A DNA stretch of 64,000 nt from Rhina ancylostomus (lineage: Eukaryota). The notes under the pieces were generated by a model that did not search any database, was not told the origin of the DNA, and saw nothing but the letters and a program-made list of their open reading frames with translations. The stretch spans positions 16,576,418-16,640,417 of the forward strand of contig JARFYF010000012.1 of NCBI GenBank assembly GCA_030265395.1. The letters are read 5' to 3'. This document shows positions 13,453 through 24,683 of the stretch, one piece after another (position 1 is the first letter of the stretch; each line of letters begins with the position of its first letter). The position numbers were made by a program, and so were the translations under genes.

Positions 13453-13477
13453 CATGACAACATTCCCACTTCAAAGA
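13453..13477 (-). CDS. TCF7L2: TCF7L2 alternative 25-nt micro-exon (exon 16): TCTTTGAAGTGGGAATGTTGTCATG; gives ...PC-S-L-stop after one C-clamp exon
   Basis: atgcag|TCTTTGAA...CATG|gtaggt, exactly 25 nt, between exon 15 and the last exon. Same size and SL-stop outcome as the mammalian micro-exon as I recall it. Confidence 0.85.
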
Positions 13478-14499
13478 CTGCATGTGTCAGGACAAAGAAA
13501 TAAGATTTAACCAAATGCGGTCAACAGGAAAGGTGTATATAAACAGGACAAGACATTCATTCCCTCTACCCAGTCAAGTCCTGAGAATTAGAGAATTGGC
13601 AACAGGAAAAGTTCAAGAAAATTCTAAAGTATGCAGATTAGCTGTGGTGGATAAGCCTTTGACCATTTGATGCCTGAGTTTGTTTAGTTAAACCAAATTG
13701 TAAGAAAACTAAGAGAAAAAAAACTTAATTGTTGTTACTTAAAAAGATATTCCAACAGATTTTGCACTCGCCTGAAAATGAAAGTTTCCTCTGAACGAGC
13801 TTGTAGCTGGTATGACGCCCAATTACTAAAAATAAATTGGCGATTAATACACAAAAATGTAAAGACATAGTTACTGGAGTGCACAAACACCTTTCTGCTT
13901 CTTGGAAACTTCTGTTGTACAAAGCTGTGATAATTACTCAGGTGAGGCAACTATTGTATCTCAGTAAGGTTAATTTTAAAAAAATAAATGAAATAGTAGC
14001 TCTGCATGATGAAATTCCACATTTACTTACTATAATGGACTCATGCACAGATTATCAGTACACCTTGTGCACTTAGAACTGCAATGTCTCCATGTTCACC
14101 CAGAAGTGGGTGAATTTTCTACATTATATTTAAACATATATAAACAGATCTTTTATGCATCATGTGTGGTTAGTAGTTCCAGCAAGTTTTCAAGTCTCTT
14201 CTGTCCTAGGTTTCACTGCACCAATCTCCGACACAAGGTCACAGGCCCATCGCAACCACTGTTTGGGGAGGGCCAGGAAAGGGGGAAGAATGAAGGTGAA
14301 CAGTGCTTGCAAGGAGACAGACCAATGCTGCTAATAAAAGGCAACAGGTAAAATAAAAAGAAAGAGAAATAAAAAGGAAAAACAAATCTGCAAAAAGCTA
14401 TAGAATATTAGCACATTAGAGCACAGGAACAGTCACATGAATGCACTACAAATCCAATAAAGGGCATATTTAATTCCGGAAGGCCTAATGGGAGTATAC

Positions 14500-14572
14500 C
14501 TGCAAGGTTTGCACCATAAATTCTGTTGGTCTAGCCCGAACAATGCCCGACACTTCTTTGGAGTATTTGCAT
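14500..14572 (-). CDS. TCF7L2: TCF7L2 alternative exon 15 (73 nt), C-clamp CRALF: [24 protein letters not shown]
   Basis: Acceptor ctaacag|ATGCAA, donor TGCAG|gtatac. Paralogous to exon 14; the CRARF+CRALF pair is diagnostic of TCF7L2. Confidence 0.96.
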
Positions 14573-14849
14573 CTGTTAGCATGAAGTAAACAAAAACAGC
14601 AAATGGAGGATACTGCTCACTGGATGTGACATCTCAGCCAGAGCTAGTGGTTTAGCTGGCCAAGTTGGCATTCTCCCCTCATCACTTTTAAAGAAAGAAA
14701 TCCAAAATTCACACTGCCTAGCACCAACAGGCGCAAGGGTTGGTATCAGCGTCCAATCAAAACACTGAAACAGTGAGAGCAAGGAGGAGAAAGTGCCAAT
14801 TTAAACCAGCTGAAACCAACCATAGCAAACCTGGGAAAACGATACACAC

Positions 14850-14922
14850 CTGCACGGGCCGCACCAGTTATTCTGTTGATCAAGGCCAAAGCGCGCTCGG
14901 CATTTCTTAGGAGCGCTCAGAT
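14850..14922 (-). CDS. TCF7L2: TCF7L2 alternative exon 14 (73 nt), C-clamp CRARF: DLSAPKKCRARFGLDQQNNWCGPC
   Basis: Long pyrimidine tract then ttcag|ATCTGA; donor TGCAG|gtgtgt. The peptide is the TCF E-tail C-clamp. Confidence 0.96.
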
Positions 14923-15690
14923 CTGAACAAATTGGAAGAAAGCGAGCAGAGGAGACAGAAAAGGAAGAAGGAGAGACAAGAAAACAAAAAGGAATAAATC
15001 AATTTATCTGTTACCAGTGATCAGTAATGCCCTCTAATTTCAAAAAAAATGTATTAAAATCACAGCTGTATTTTTGCACCCATTTAAAAAGCACCAATAT
15101 TGTGTGGCAATACAAATTTGTATTATTTTATAGTAGAATTTAATTAGAATTCACAAAAGGAAGTGGGCTGAATAAGGAACCTGCAGGTTAGCACCAGTGA
15201 AGGATGTTAGGCTTGAATTAGGCTAAAAGGTTAAAGTGCTTTGCAGAAGAAGCTGGATAGCAGGGTCAATTTTACATGCATACCTTCCAAGGGCAAATGT
15301 AAAGTAGGATAATGGGATTAGTCAAGCAGGCAAGGCTAATTATGAGGATGCATCAGAAAACAGGTACAGCCCAAATTAATATCAAAACAAGACAATAAGT
15401 ACAAACTACAATAAGCTTTAAAACATTTTAAGTTACTGTAGCTAATGTGATTTTTTTTTAAATGTGTTCCATAAAAACAAGCATTAAAATGTCTAAGATG
15501 CATGCACTGATTACTTTATCGGTCTTGGAAAGGCAAAACCAGCCATAAAATTAAACTATACACATACCATCATAATTAACAATGTTATAAAACATGGTTA
15601 GCAGCAGCTAGGGTTTCATGTGATTAAATGTCGTTATTCTGATACATGAAGGGTGCCTTCTATTATGGAAGATAATTGCTGCCTACTTAC

Positions 15691-15739
15691 CATTGGTCTC
15701 CCCTGCCTGCTTTTCCCTTTTCCTCTTCTTCCTCTTGCC
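15691..15739 (-). CDS. TCF7L2: TCF7L2 exon 12 (49 nt), basic tail/NLS: GKRKKRKREKQAGETN
   Basis: Acceptor ctaatag|GGCAAG, donor CCAATG|gtaagt. Basic tail directly after the HMG box. Confidence 0.96.
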
Positions 15740-16087
15740 CTATTAGGGAGAGAAAGCAAATGGGGAGGGGTGGAAACACAAGCTCAGTTTGTCCATTAGA
15801 TTCACAAAACCATGCCAACCAGCCTCAAAACACTACAAAAGAATAAAAATGCTCAGTTCAATCAGCATTGAGAAGCAGAAACAATATGAGGGACAGCTCT
15901 GTGGCATGCACAAGGTCCTCAAGACGGCAGAGTGCCGTCAGCTTCACTCCAGTCATTATTTGTAACATTAAACTGACATGTATGAAGTGTACGCCACTGG
16001 GCCTGTAGAGGGGATAAAAAAAGGAACAGGAGAGGGAAAGAAAGAGAAAAAGAGAGAGCAGTGAACATGCTCGAGAATGAAACTTAC

Positions 16088-16195
16088 GTAGTTATCTCGT
16101 GCTGACCAGCCTGGGTAGAGTTGCATGTGAAGCTGCCGTTCCTTTCTGGCTAACTCATAGTACTTTGCTTGCTCTTCTCTAGACAAAGCGTGCCA
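16088..16195 (-). CDS. TCF7L2: TCF7L2 exon 11 (108 nt), HMG box C-terminal half: [36 protein letters not shown]
   Basis: Acceptor ttcgcag|TGGCAC, donor AACTAC|gtaagt. Invariant TCF/LEF HMG sequence. Confidence 0.98.
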
Positions 16196-16873
16196 CTGCG
16201 AACGAACGGGGCCAGATGTGGTGGGATGAGGGAGAAACAGAACACATTAATTATATAAATACTAGTATGAATTGATCCTTGAGCAAGATTATGAATCTGT
16301 AAAGCATCAGGGCAGCATTCCACAATATAACAGAAAACAACAAGATTAACCTATCTATATGCATCAATATATTAGTAATAGGGACCATAAACCAGAATTT
16401 ATAGTATAACAAACAATAGAGAATCATTTGCTCTTCACTTATGTTTGGCACAGGGCAAGGCAAATAATTTAACTTAAAAAAAACTAGTTTGAAAACCAGG
16501 AAATAAATTAACTCTTATTCTGAAACAATTCAAAACAATGGAGAAACATTTACTTGTTTCACACACAAGGAAGAGTTCTTAAAAAGAGATGGTTAACAAG
16601 CAGGGCATCAGAGCTAGACAGATGTTTACAGTGTCTTAATGATGTTCTTCCATTCTATTTTAAATGCAGGCATTAAACTGTTCATTGCTAATATACCAGA
16701 TTAACACTATGTTGTATCCTTCAATATTATCGGAACAATTGCATCCAACCTTTACAGACATGCTGTATGAAAAATAGTTATCACTTATATAAAACTCTAT
16801 GCTGATTGCCTTGATCAGTCAGATTCTCTCTCCAACCCATTCTTGTATACTTTTGTTGGTTTAAGATGCTTAC

Positions 16874-17036
16874 CCTTCGGCCAAGGATCTGATTGATTGC
16901 CGCACTCTCTTTCAGCGTACACTCTGCTACCACTTTTGCTCTCATTTCCTTCATGTACAACATGAATGCGTTCAGAGGCTTCTTTATGTGTGGCTTTTTC
17001 TTTTCCTCTTCTTTTTTGGCATCCTGATGATGTTTT
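16874..17036 (-). CDS. TCF7L2: TCF7L2 exon 10 (163 nt), HMG box N-terminal half: [54 protein letters not shown]
   Basis: Acceptor ccctcag|AAAACAT, donor CGAAGG|gtaagc. Canonical TCF/LEF HMG-box sequence. Confidence 0.98.
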
Positions 17037-17322
17037 CTGAGGGAATGTGTACAATTACAACTACATCAATGAAACTGAAGTGGTCATTTCCCTTCCAAAA
17101 ACACTACACTTTAAGTAATTCATTATTAAAATCAACAGAAAACTCTATCATATAAAATGGGAGCAGTGTACGTTTTACAATCTACATGACAGATGTGCAT
17201 TCTTTTTAAACTCGAAGTTTTTTTTAATATACATGTCAAACAGACCTTCAACAATATTTTAAGTTGCAACTTAGCTGCTCATGAAAATAAAATGTGTTTT
17301 TCACACAAATGATGAAACTTAC

Positions 17323-17463
17323 GAGTTATTGAGAGATCCGATGTCACTCTGGGAAGACTCTTGTTTGACAGTTGGTGTGACTATGGCCGGATGGGGAATT
17401 CCCGTTGTGTGTAAACTGTGATGTGGTGGAACCATGTGTGGGGGGAACCTACCAGAGAGAAAA
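17323..17463 (-). CDS. TCF7L2: TCF7L2 exon 9 (141 nt long form, 126 nt short form starting 17448): (SFLSG)[43 protein letters not shown]
   Basis: Two acceptors 15 nt apart (tacacag|TTTTCTC and TCTGGTAG|GTTCCC); donor AACTC|gtaagt. ORF track 17319..17513 contains this peptide. Confidence 0.96.
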
Positions 17464-20400
17464 CTGTGTAAATCAACAGAACAGAAATGAATGAACAAAA
17501 GGGATGGGCACACATTTGATATATAAACAAGAACATATGCAATTATAAGCTTTCACAATCACTATGTAGCTACTGACATTAAAATGACTTTTCATTACAC
17601 AACTGGCAGTCTTTAGTGTATGACAACCAAAGGATTTTATAAAACGACAATATTCATGCTGTACAATACTATATATAGCTACTAAAGTCATCAGATATGA
17701 ACTTCATAGAGCAACTTTAGTCTGGCTTTTTAAATTATTTTTGCACGCAGCCAACAAACATTTTATCCGTCCCATTTTACATTTAGTCAAATAAGAATTT
17801 CTATCTTCATTCATTCTACATCAACTTCTTCCCCACCCATCATGAATTAAACCAGCATAATGATTTTCTGTTACTATAATAATGATACATTCACTGCTTC
17901 ATTCTAAAACAGTAAATTGATTTTGGAGTGAACACATTTGTCCAATTGCACATCATGCAAAATATTATGGTGTTAGCTGACGGGCACAGACTTCTTATTC
18001 CTAGAGTGAAATATTATCAGAGTGAGCAGCAAAAATACCATTTACTGATAGCATGCAAACATAAGACAGTACACAGGTGAAGCATTTTATAGGACACTAG
18101 AGCTTTCAAAACCTCAAGAGTATTATTCTTCATGTGATGAAGTGGTTACATTCATTTCATAACCTGAAGAGACTTACAAGGGTTCAGAAGTTAATGGACA
18201 CTATAAAATGTCAATCTATCATAAGGTGATTACTTCCACACTATCTACAAAATAGTTGAAATTTTGTTTAGCTGTTGCATTATTTAATAGATATATCTGA
18301 ATAAGGATATGATAAATAACATTTTATGTTTGATATAAATCAGTTATATAGATATAACCATATAATTCTGAAGGAATATATAAATAAAATTTTCCATTGT
18401 AAAAACTGAAAATTCTAAACAGTTAATTATGAAAAAAATCCTGACTGCTTTTATGGCTTCAAGCCAGAATATAATGATGTGCATAAACTTGCAGGCCATG
18501 TTATGAACAAACTCATTTTTGTTCCATGGTGTCTCTGGGGCTTCTATCACGTTCACTCTCACTTTATTTCACTGTTGACATGTTTCTGTTAACTGCATGT
18601 CATCTGCCTGACTTCGTTTTATGTGCGAGCTGTGGGATGCTTTTTCTCCCCCTTGCAAAAAAACAGCCTCTTTGAGTTGCAGCTAGTTTGTCATTATTCC
18701 CCCTCCTCTCCCTGTGCAGTTGTTATCTCTCATCTTTTCCAAGCTCAATTTTCCCGAGCTTTCTGAACCACCGCAAACCCACATTATGGTTTATACATGA
18801 TGCTGATCCCTTTGAAGGCGGCACATTTCAGAGCGGGCCCTAGTCAGGAGAAGCACCTTCAGCCAATGTAGGAGGCTGAGGGGGCCCGAAGCTCTAACAT
18901 CTCAATCTAACAAGGTCACAGGGTGGCACAAGTGAGTGTCAGCTATTGCTGTTTAATTGCCAGTCTATGCCTCTCTGCTGTGTTTAAAGTATAATGACCC
19001 ATCACTTAATTCCAAGAAATCACTGCCCTGCTGCTGGATGGAATAAATATCAAAAGGTGTGCTCTGGCAGGGCATGGAGTCTACATTTCCTATGGATGTC
19101 ATACGACTAATACANNNNNNNNNNNCCATCACCCGACTACCGCACAAATGCCTTTTGTTCTTTTTCTCTCCCTTATATCGGAATAACTAAACGTATGGCC
19201 GTATAGGAAAAACTGCTAAGTTGTTATAACGATTGTGTTCACAAGTGTGAGGATTGTGTTCTTTCACTGATAACCTGACCCCTATTTGTGGGGGAGGGGT
19301 GTTGGGGGGGAAAAAAAACAGAAGAGATCCAACCCAAAGTCAGCCACATAAAAAAAACTAGCCCTATGCCTTTCTTTTTTTTATGATGTTTACCTTTTGC
19401 TCTCACAGCTGGTGCCTCACCTGTCAGGTACACAAATGTAACAATGGACATTGAGCATTTCTCACACATTCTTTTTTATTCTGCTATTCCACAATAAACA
19501 TTTGTTATTCTGCTGAACAACCAGATTTTTTTGTTTAAATGCCTTAAATTTGTCCTGCCCCTATCAAAAACTGTGCTTTCACAAATAGATCTACTTGGGT
19601 CTCCAGAGATGGCAAGCCTTGCTAATAATCTATGCTAATTTAATTAACAACTATCATCAAAATGCATTAGCTGTTTCAGCCCATCAGGAAAGTCTAACCC
19701 TCCACCAATTAAATTAGCTGAACTCTAAATCAGATAAACAGAAAATAAACCCATCATTAGGAGCAATTAGCAATTGCTTAAATACAGTGCCATAGTGTAG
19801 TTTGTAAATATACTTGTAGCCACTGGGAAATTAGCTGGTACCATATTAATTGGGGCTGTGCTGTACAGTCAGAGCCCCTATCAAAACAGTAGCTTTCAGA
19901 GTGCTGAACATCAGCCTCCAATAGCTTTGATGTGTCATCATTTACTGCTTTCTTTTATTAGTTTTGTATGTTTGCGTTTATTGTATGTGCATGGACATTA
20001 ATATTGTACAGAGTGGTGAGATCTGGTGTGGAACTGCTGATGTGCTGTAAACTTCAATATATGGAGATTTTATCCAGCATGGCAGCTACTTCAGCTAGTT
20101 AAAATTAGGCACAGATTTACAATGCCTCATTACTTTTTTTTATTTCACTTTCGGTATTGCTAAATACCCATTTAAATTTTACACAGCTGGCACAATTAAT
20201 CTTGTTAAAATTATTGCATTTTTCCATTATGATGGCCTCATTATTGCTACAATAATATAGTTTACCAATTCCATAATTATATTGAAGCTTGCAGGCATAA
20301 TTTGTTGTGGGTATTTGGGCTTCATATTCCAGGACTGAATGTTCTCAGCTGCACAGTTTAATGATGCAAGCCTAGAAGTTTTGTGTTGTTTCTGTTTAAG

Positions 20401-20599
20401 ATCTAAAGAGCAGCTAGAGTAAAAGATAACCAAAAGGAGTAAAGGAAATGACTGCAATAGGGGTAGATTCAATGCAAGTCCAAATGAATGTCATGGTGGC
20501 TCAGCATAAAGGGAATTCCTGGAGACGCCTTCTGTTGCGGTCATTAATGTCAAAGGACCAAAGTACCTTGGATTTACAACTCTTTGAAAATCACTTTTT

Positions 20600-20690
20600 T
20601 TTAAAAACAGCAGTAACAAGCCCTTCTGGCCCAATGAGTCCCGCCACCCATTTAAACCCACGTTAACCTAGCCATACACCTTTGGAACGT
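20600..20690 (-). mobile_element. Short SINE/CR1-tail fragment
   Basis: acaagcccttctggcccaatgagtcc...acacctttggaacgt resembles the antisense 3' end of elasmobranch SINEs. Confidence 0.45.
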
Positions 20691-23415
20691 ATATTATTAG
20701 TATTATGAAGTATTATATTATGAAGAAACAGCAAGTGGAGGTTTACCACTCGTTCTTATGGACAACATGCACATTTAGCACTGAGCTAGGTATGGTAATG
20801 GGTAGGATTATTTCCACTACTGGCCCCCTCTATTAAATCTGCATACTTGCAAATTGGGCAGCCTAATTAATATAACTTGGTCTTAGGCCCAAAACTAAAA
20901 AAAATGCAGCCAGTGAGCTGGTTGAGGTGGCATTCTATACACATTTTACAGAAGACTGCTGGTTTTGTTGCAACAAAGCTTTAACCTATAGTTGATGAGC
21001 CAGCCAATTGATACACAGATTGTGTGAAGAATTTCACTAGAATAAGCATGTGCTTGTGTATCATGTTGACAATCCACATTTAAGAGCATGCTTTGAATAA
21101 TTCTGTCTGTTCCACTTGCTACCTCCTTGGGTAGCTCCATGTGTATAGGAACACAATGCATAAGGTCAGGACCAGTGAGCTACTAATCAGCTACACAGCA
21201 CAGACTAATGGAGGACATGAAAAGATGGCCAAATGGATAGTTCAGAACCTATTTCAATTCTAATCTTTCAATAACTGAATTGACAGTTAGAATGTGTTGG
21301 TACAGCCATAACCAAGGACATACAATAGCTTTTAACAGCCTGCTTCCATTATGGAACAGCTTCCAAAGGAAGTGGTTTTATTTTGATTAGGTTGCAAACA
21401 GCTGTGAAGTCACACGATAGCTTGCTTCCAGAACAACGACAAACTACAAACATTCAAAACTCTGTACAGTTCAAAAGTTGCAATTGGTTTGCCTGCATAC
21501 ACTCCTTAATATTGTTGGCCTGTAACACTGTACCTCAATGTGAAAGCCACCTTAGGAGGCAGGCATAACACACCTTTAAAAGGGGATGTACCATATCCAA
21601 AATAAAGCACACGTGCTTCCTTATTTATACTGCCTGTGCCTTAACGCTAGCTATTAAAAGCACTTTCACAGTAGTAAAAGGGCAGGTAGTTAGTCAAACC
21701 AAACAAGCAATTAAGAACAGACTCATACCAGAAAGAATGATGTGATCAGGCCATTGTGAAAACTGACACTGTAGCTGGCAGTAACTTTACAGTTATTCTA
21801 CAATTAATTCATCAACTCTAGGAACAAAGCAATAGTGCAACCTTCTGCTTCTGGTCCTGTTGAGTCCTGAAACTTGCCACCACATATTAGAAACAACAAA
21901 TAAATAGCTCAGTCAATGACTGAACTAGATTCTCAATTAGAATTGTTCCATTTTTATTTCATATTCATTTCGCTGCTTATGCAGAGAAATCTGATTTGTA
22001 CTCTGCCAAAAATGAACATTTTGGACAACTCAAAACCCTTTCTTCTTGTGGCTCCTGTTCCTATACTATAACTTGCTCTTAACCTGAATTTCTTAGTTGT
22101 TGCAGTAACAGGTAGGTTCACCAAGTCATTAAGTTAACTGTACAATTCTCTGAAATTAAGTGTCATCTTAAATATGCAAGTCCAATGCAATCATTGGTTT
22201 TCTCAGAGATGATTAAAATAGACATGAGTGTTGCAGGCAAGTAATTCACCATTAAGAATTTGGAAAATATTGTGATTATGAAAAGTAGGTGGGGTGTATA
22301 TGATTTAGTTCACTATCTCAGATGTCCTATTTTAGAGATCAGCCTGGCTGTTTATATTGTGGATGCTGCATTTTTCCACATTACATTGCATTGTGTGGCC
22401 AAAGAAGGGATAGGTAACACTAACACTAGACCAGCAAGCAATGCTATGGGTTGGCTGTTTCAGAAAAGCATACCTTAGTTTTAAAATTAAAGAATATTTC
22501 AGCAACTGATGTCAATGAATCTCATTGGTTATCAGCTGGCTTTCTAACAAACAGCTTCCACTAGAGTAACAGAAGTTGATACTCTGTCTGAAGCCAATGA
22601 ATGTACAGAAATGTAGCCAATAACTAACTTTCCCCCAACTACAGCTAAGGAACTAAATATTAGGAAGCAAAACAACTCAACATTTTAAGAATTAATTTAA
22701 TTTTTCCTTTTATATTGATCCCGAGTCAGTGCCTCAAATTCAAAAGCTGAAAGTAATGTGTATAGACAAAATTAAGTCAACAGGGCTACTGCTTATCAAA
22801 AAGCAGAAACCAGATTTCAAGCTGAGACAAGGGTTTAAGCCCTATCCATTGCTGCACTTCAGACTCCCGTGTCCCTGAAAGGATAACTTTAGGTCACACC
22901 GCCCAATCTGTACAAGGGAAGATACAAGATGTTGCAGAAGGTAATTGTGGAGAGTAATGATTAACTTGAATTTTGCAATGTGTCAGATAAAGAGCTACCA
23001 AGATCCAAAAGAAAATAAGCAATTGAGAGATCTAAATGTTTATTGAGTGGAACTAATCACAATGAATCCCATTTCACATCCCCTCCCCTTGCCTGAGTGC
23101 CCAAAGGCCACAAAGGCGCTTGTTTTCACCACCAGTCTAATGAAGTGTTGGCCGATAGCTGCTGTAAATCGTTGCCTACTGTTGAATATCAATGTCTATG
23201 ACGTGAATGCACAACACTATGTGCCTTATGTTGCTGCCTATTGGCTCAACGGAAAGAGCTACACGCCTCCAAGTAAAAGAGCAGACATCTGATTACTACT
23301 TTTTCAGTAATTCCACATTAAAGTGGCCTTTAACCTGTGATGCAAGAATGAAGATTATTGCTCTCTGAGCTGACTTAGTGTGGCTCAAGTAGCGATAAGT
23401 GACTCTGCCCACTGG

Positions 23416-23590
23416 GTATAATAAATATTAACTGCATTTTGCTGTCTGCAAGTGCTAAAACATTGTCCCTTGGGCTCCAACATTGATGTAAAGTGTGTAA
23501 TAATTGCGGCATGCTCTTGACACTTCCGTGTTCCCTTGGGGACAATATTTTACCACTTACAGTCTTGAAAAGCAGTCAATATTTGTGTAC
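23416..23590. repeat. Imperfect inverted repeat, ~47-bp arms (23423-23469 and 23539-23584), ~70-nt spacer
   Basis: Left aaatattaactgc...ctgcaagtgctaaaacattgtccc versus reverse complement of right aaatattgactgc...ctgtaagtggtaaaatattgtccc. Confidence 0.8.
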
Positions 23591-23895
23591 ATTATGAATG
23601 AACTCCTCTCACAATAATACTGCAGCAAAGGCTCCATTCCAATTGCATTACTTGCAGATTCATTCATAGCATGCTATTTAGTTATGGAATGGCACCCGGC
23701 TTACTTGTTTATGACAAAAATCAATGTAAATGCCACATGGCAAATGTTTATTCAGAAAAAGGGCACAATGTTAGAAATGGCAATGTGTCCTCACTGAACA
23801 AAAGCAAATGGCAAAACAAAAGAGGCTGTCGAGAAAATGGTTGGAAGGTTATTGGCTTAATAAAAACTGATTGCCACCAAACCAAGTGTACCCAC

Positions 23896-23982
23896 CTTGA
23901 CATGGAAGCATTCACTGTGAGTGCAGTGGGGTAAGGGTGTCGAAATCCCCCTGTTGTGATTGGGTAAACAGGTTGACCTTGC
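23896..23982 (-). CDS. TCF7L2: TCF7L2 exon 8 (87 nt): QGQPVYPITTGGFRHPYPTALTVNASMS
   Basis: Acceptor ttttcag|GCAAGG, donor TCAAG|gtgggt. The peptide matches TCF7L2. Confidence 0.96.
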
Positions 23983-24580
23983 CTGAAAAGAGAAAAAAAA
24001 AACTGGAAACTTCTGCTGTTGTGAGCTCGCTCTCATTTGAACCAGAACAAAAAATGTTGTTGATTGCACAGCCAGGATCAAAGGACGTAAATAAAGAACA
24101 ATTTTAATGTGCTAAATCTGATAGAACCAGCTAATTAAATTTTATAACCTCTGCTAATGTCAACAGAGACCTTCTCCCCAAGCTAAAACTAGGTGTTTTG
24201 TTGTGATAATTAAAGACGAAGCGGCATTTGCTTTAATGGAGCCATCACAATAATTGAGGGCTACAGATCCAAAGGAAAACAATAATGAATGTAAATTTAT
24301 ACCAAAATAAAATACATCAAATCAAAGAGCCGCTGTTCTGCTTTGGGCCTCTTTTGGTATTTAGAACTCAGTAAGAAAACATTAAATTAACAGTCCTTAA
24401 TTTGTAGCCTTTTGTCATAGTAACCAGTGTTGACAGGTGTTGCCAAGGGAGAAGCCCAAATAAATATGTGGGTACCCAGTAGCCAATCACAGCTCATTAC
24501 AATAATTGGACAATACAGTTACATGCAAAATTCTACAAGAATTAAAGGAATAAAAAGAAAAAAGAAATGGAACTGCTTAC

Positions 24581-24683
24581 TGTGGTACTAACCATCCTAG
24601 TGGATGGGGGATTTGGCCGACGGTACCAGGTGAGAGTGGGTAATAGGGAGATATGTCTGAAGGATGCGGAGGTCTAGGAATTC
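24581..24683 (-). CDS. TCF7L2: TCF7L2 exon 7 (103 nt): [30 protein letters not shown](LVPQ); alternative donor 12 nt earlier (exon end 24593) removes LVPQ
   Basis: Acceptor tttatctag|GAATT; donors GGATG|gttagt and CCACA|gtaagc. Translated by hand; frame is continuous with exons 6 and 8. Confidence 0.96.
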
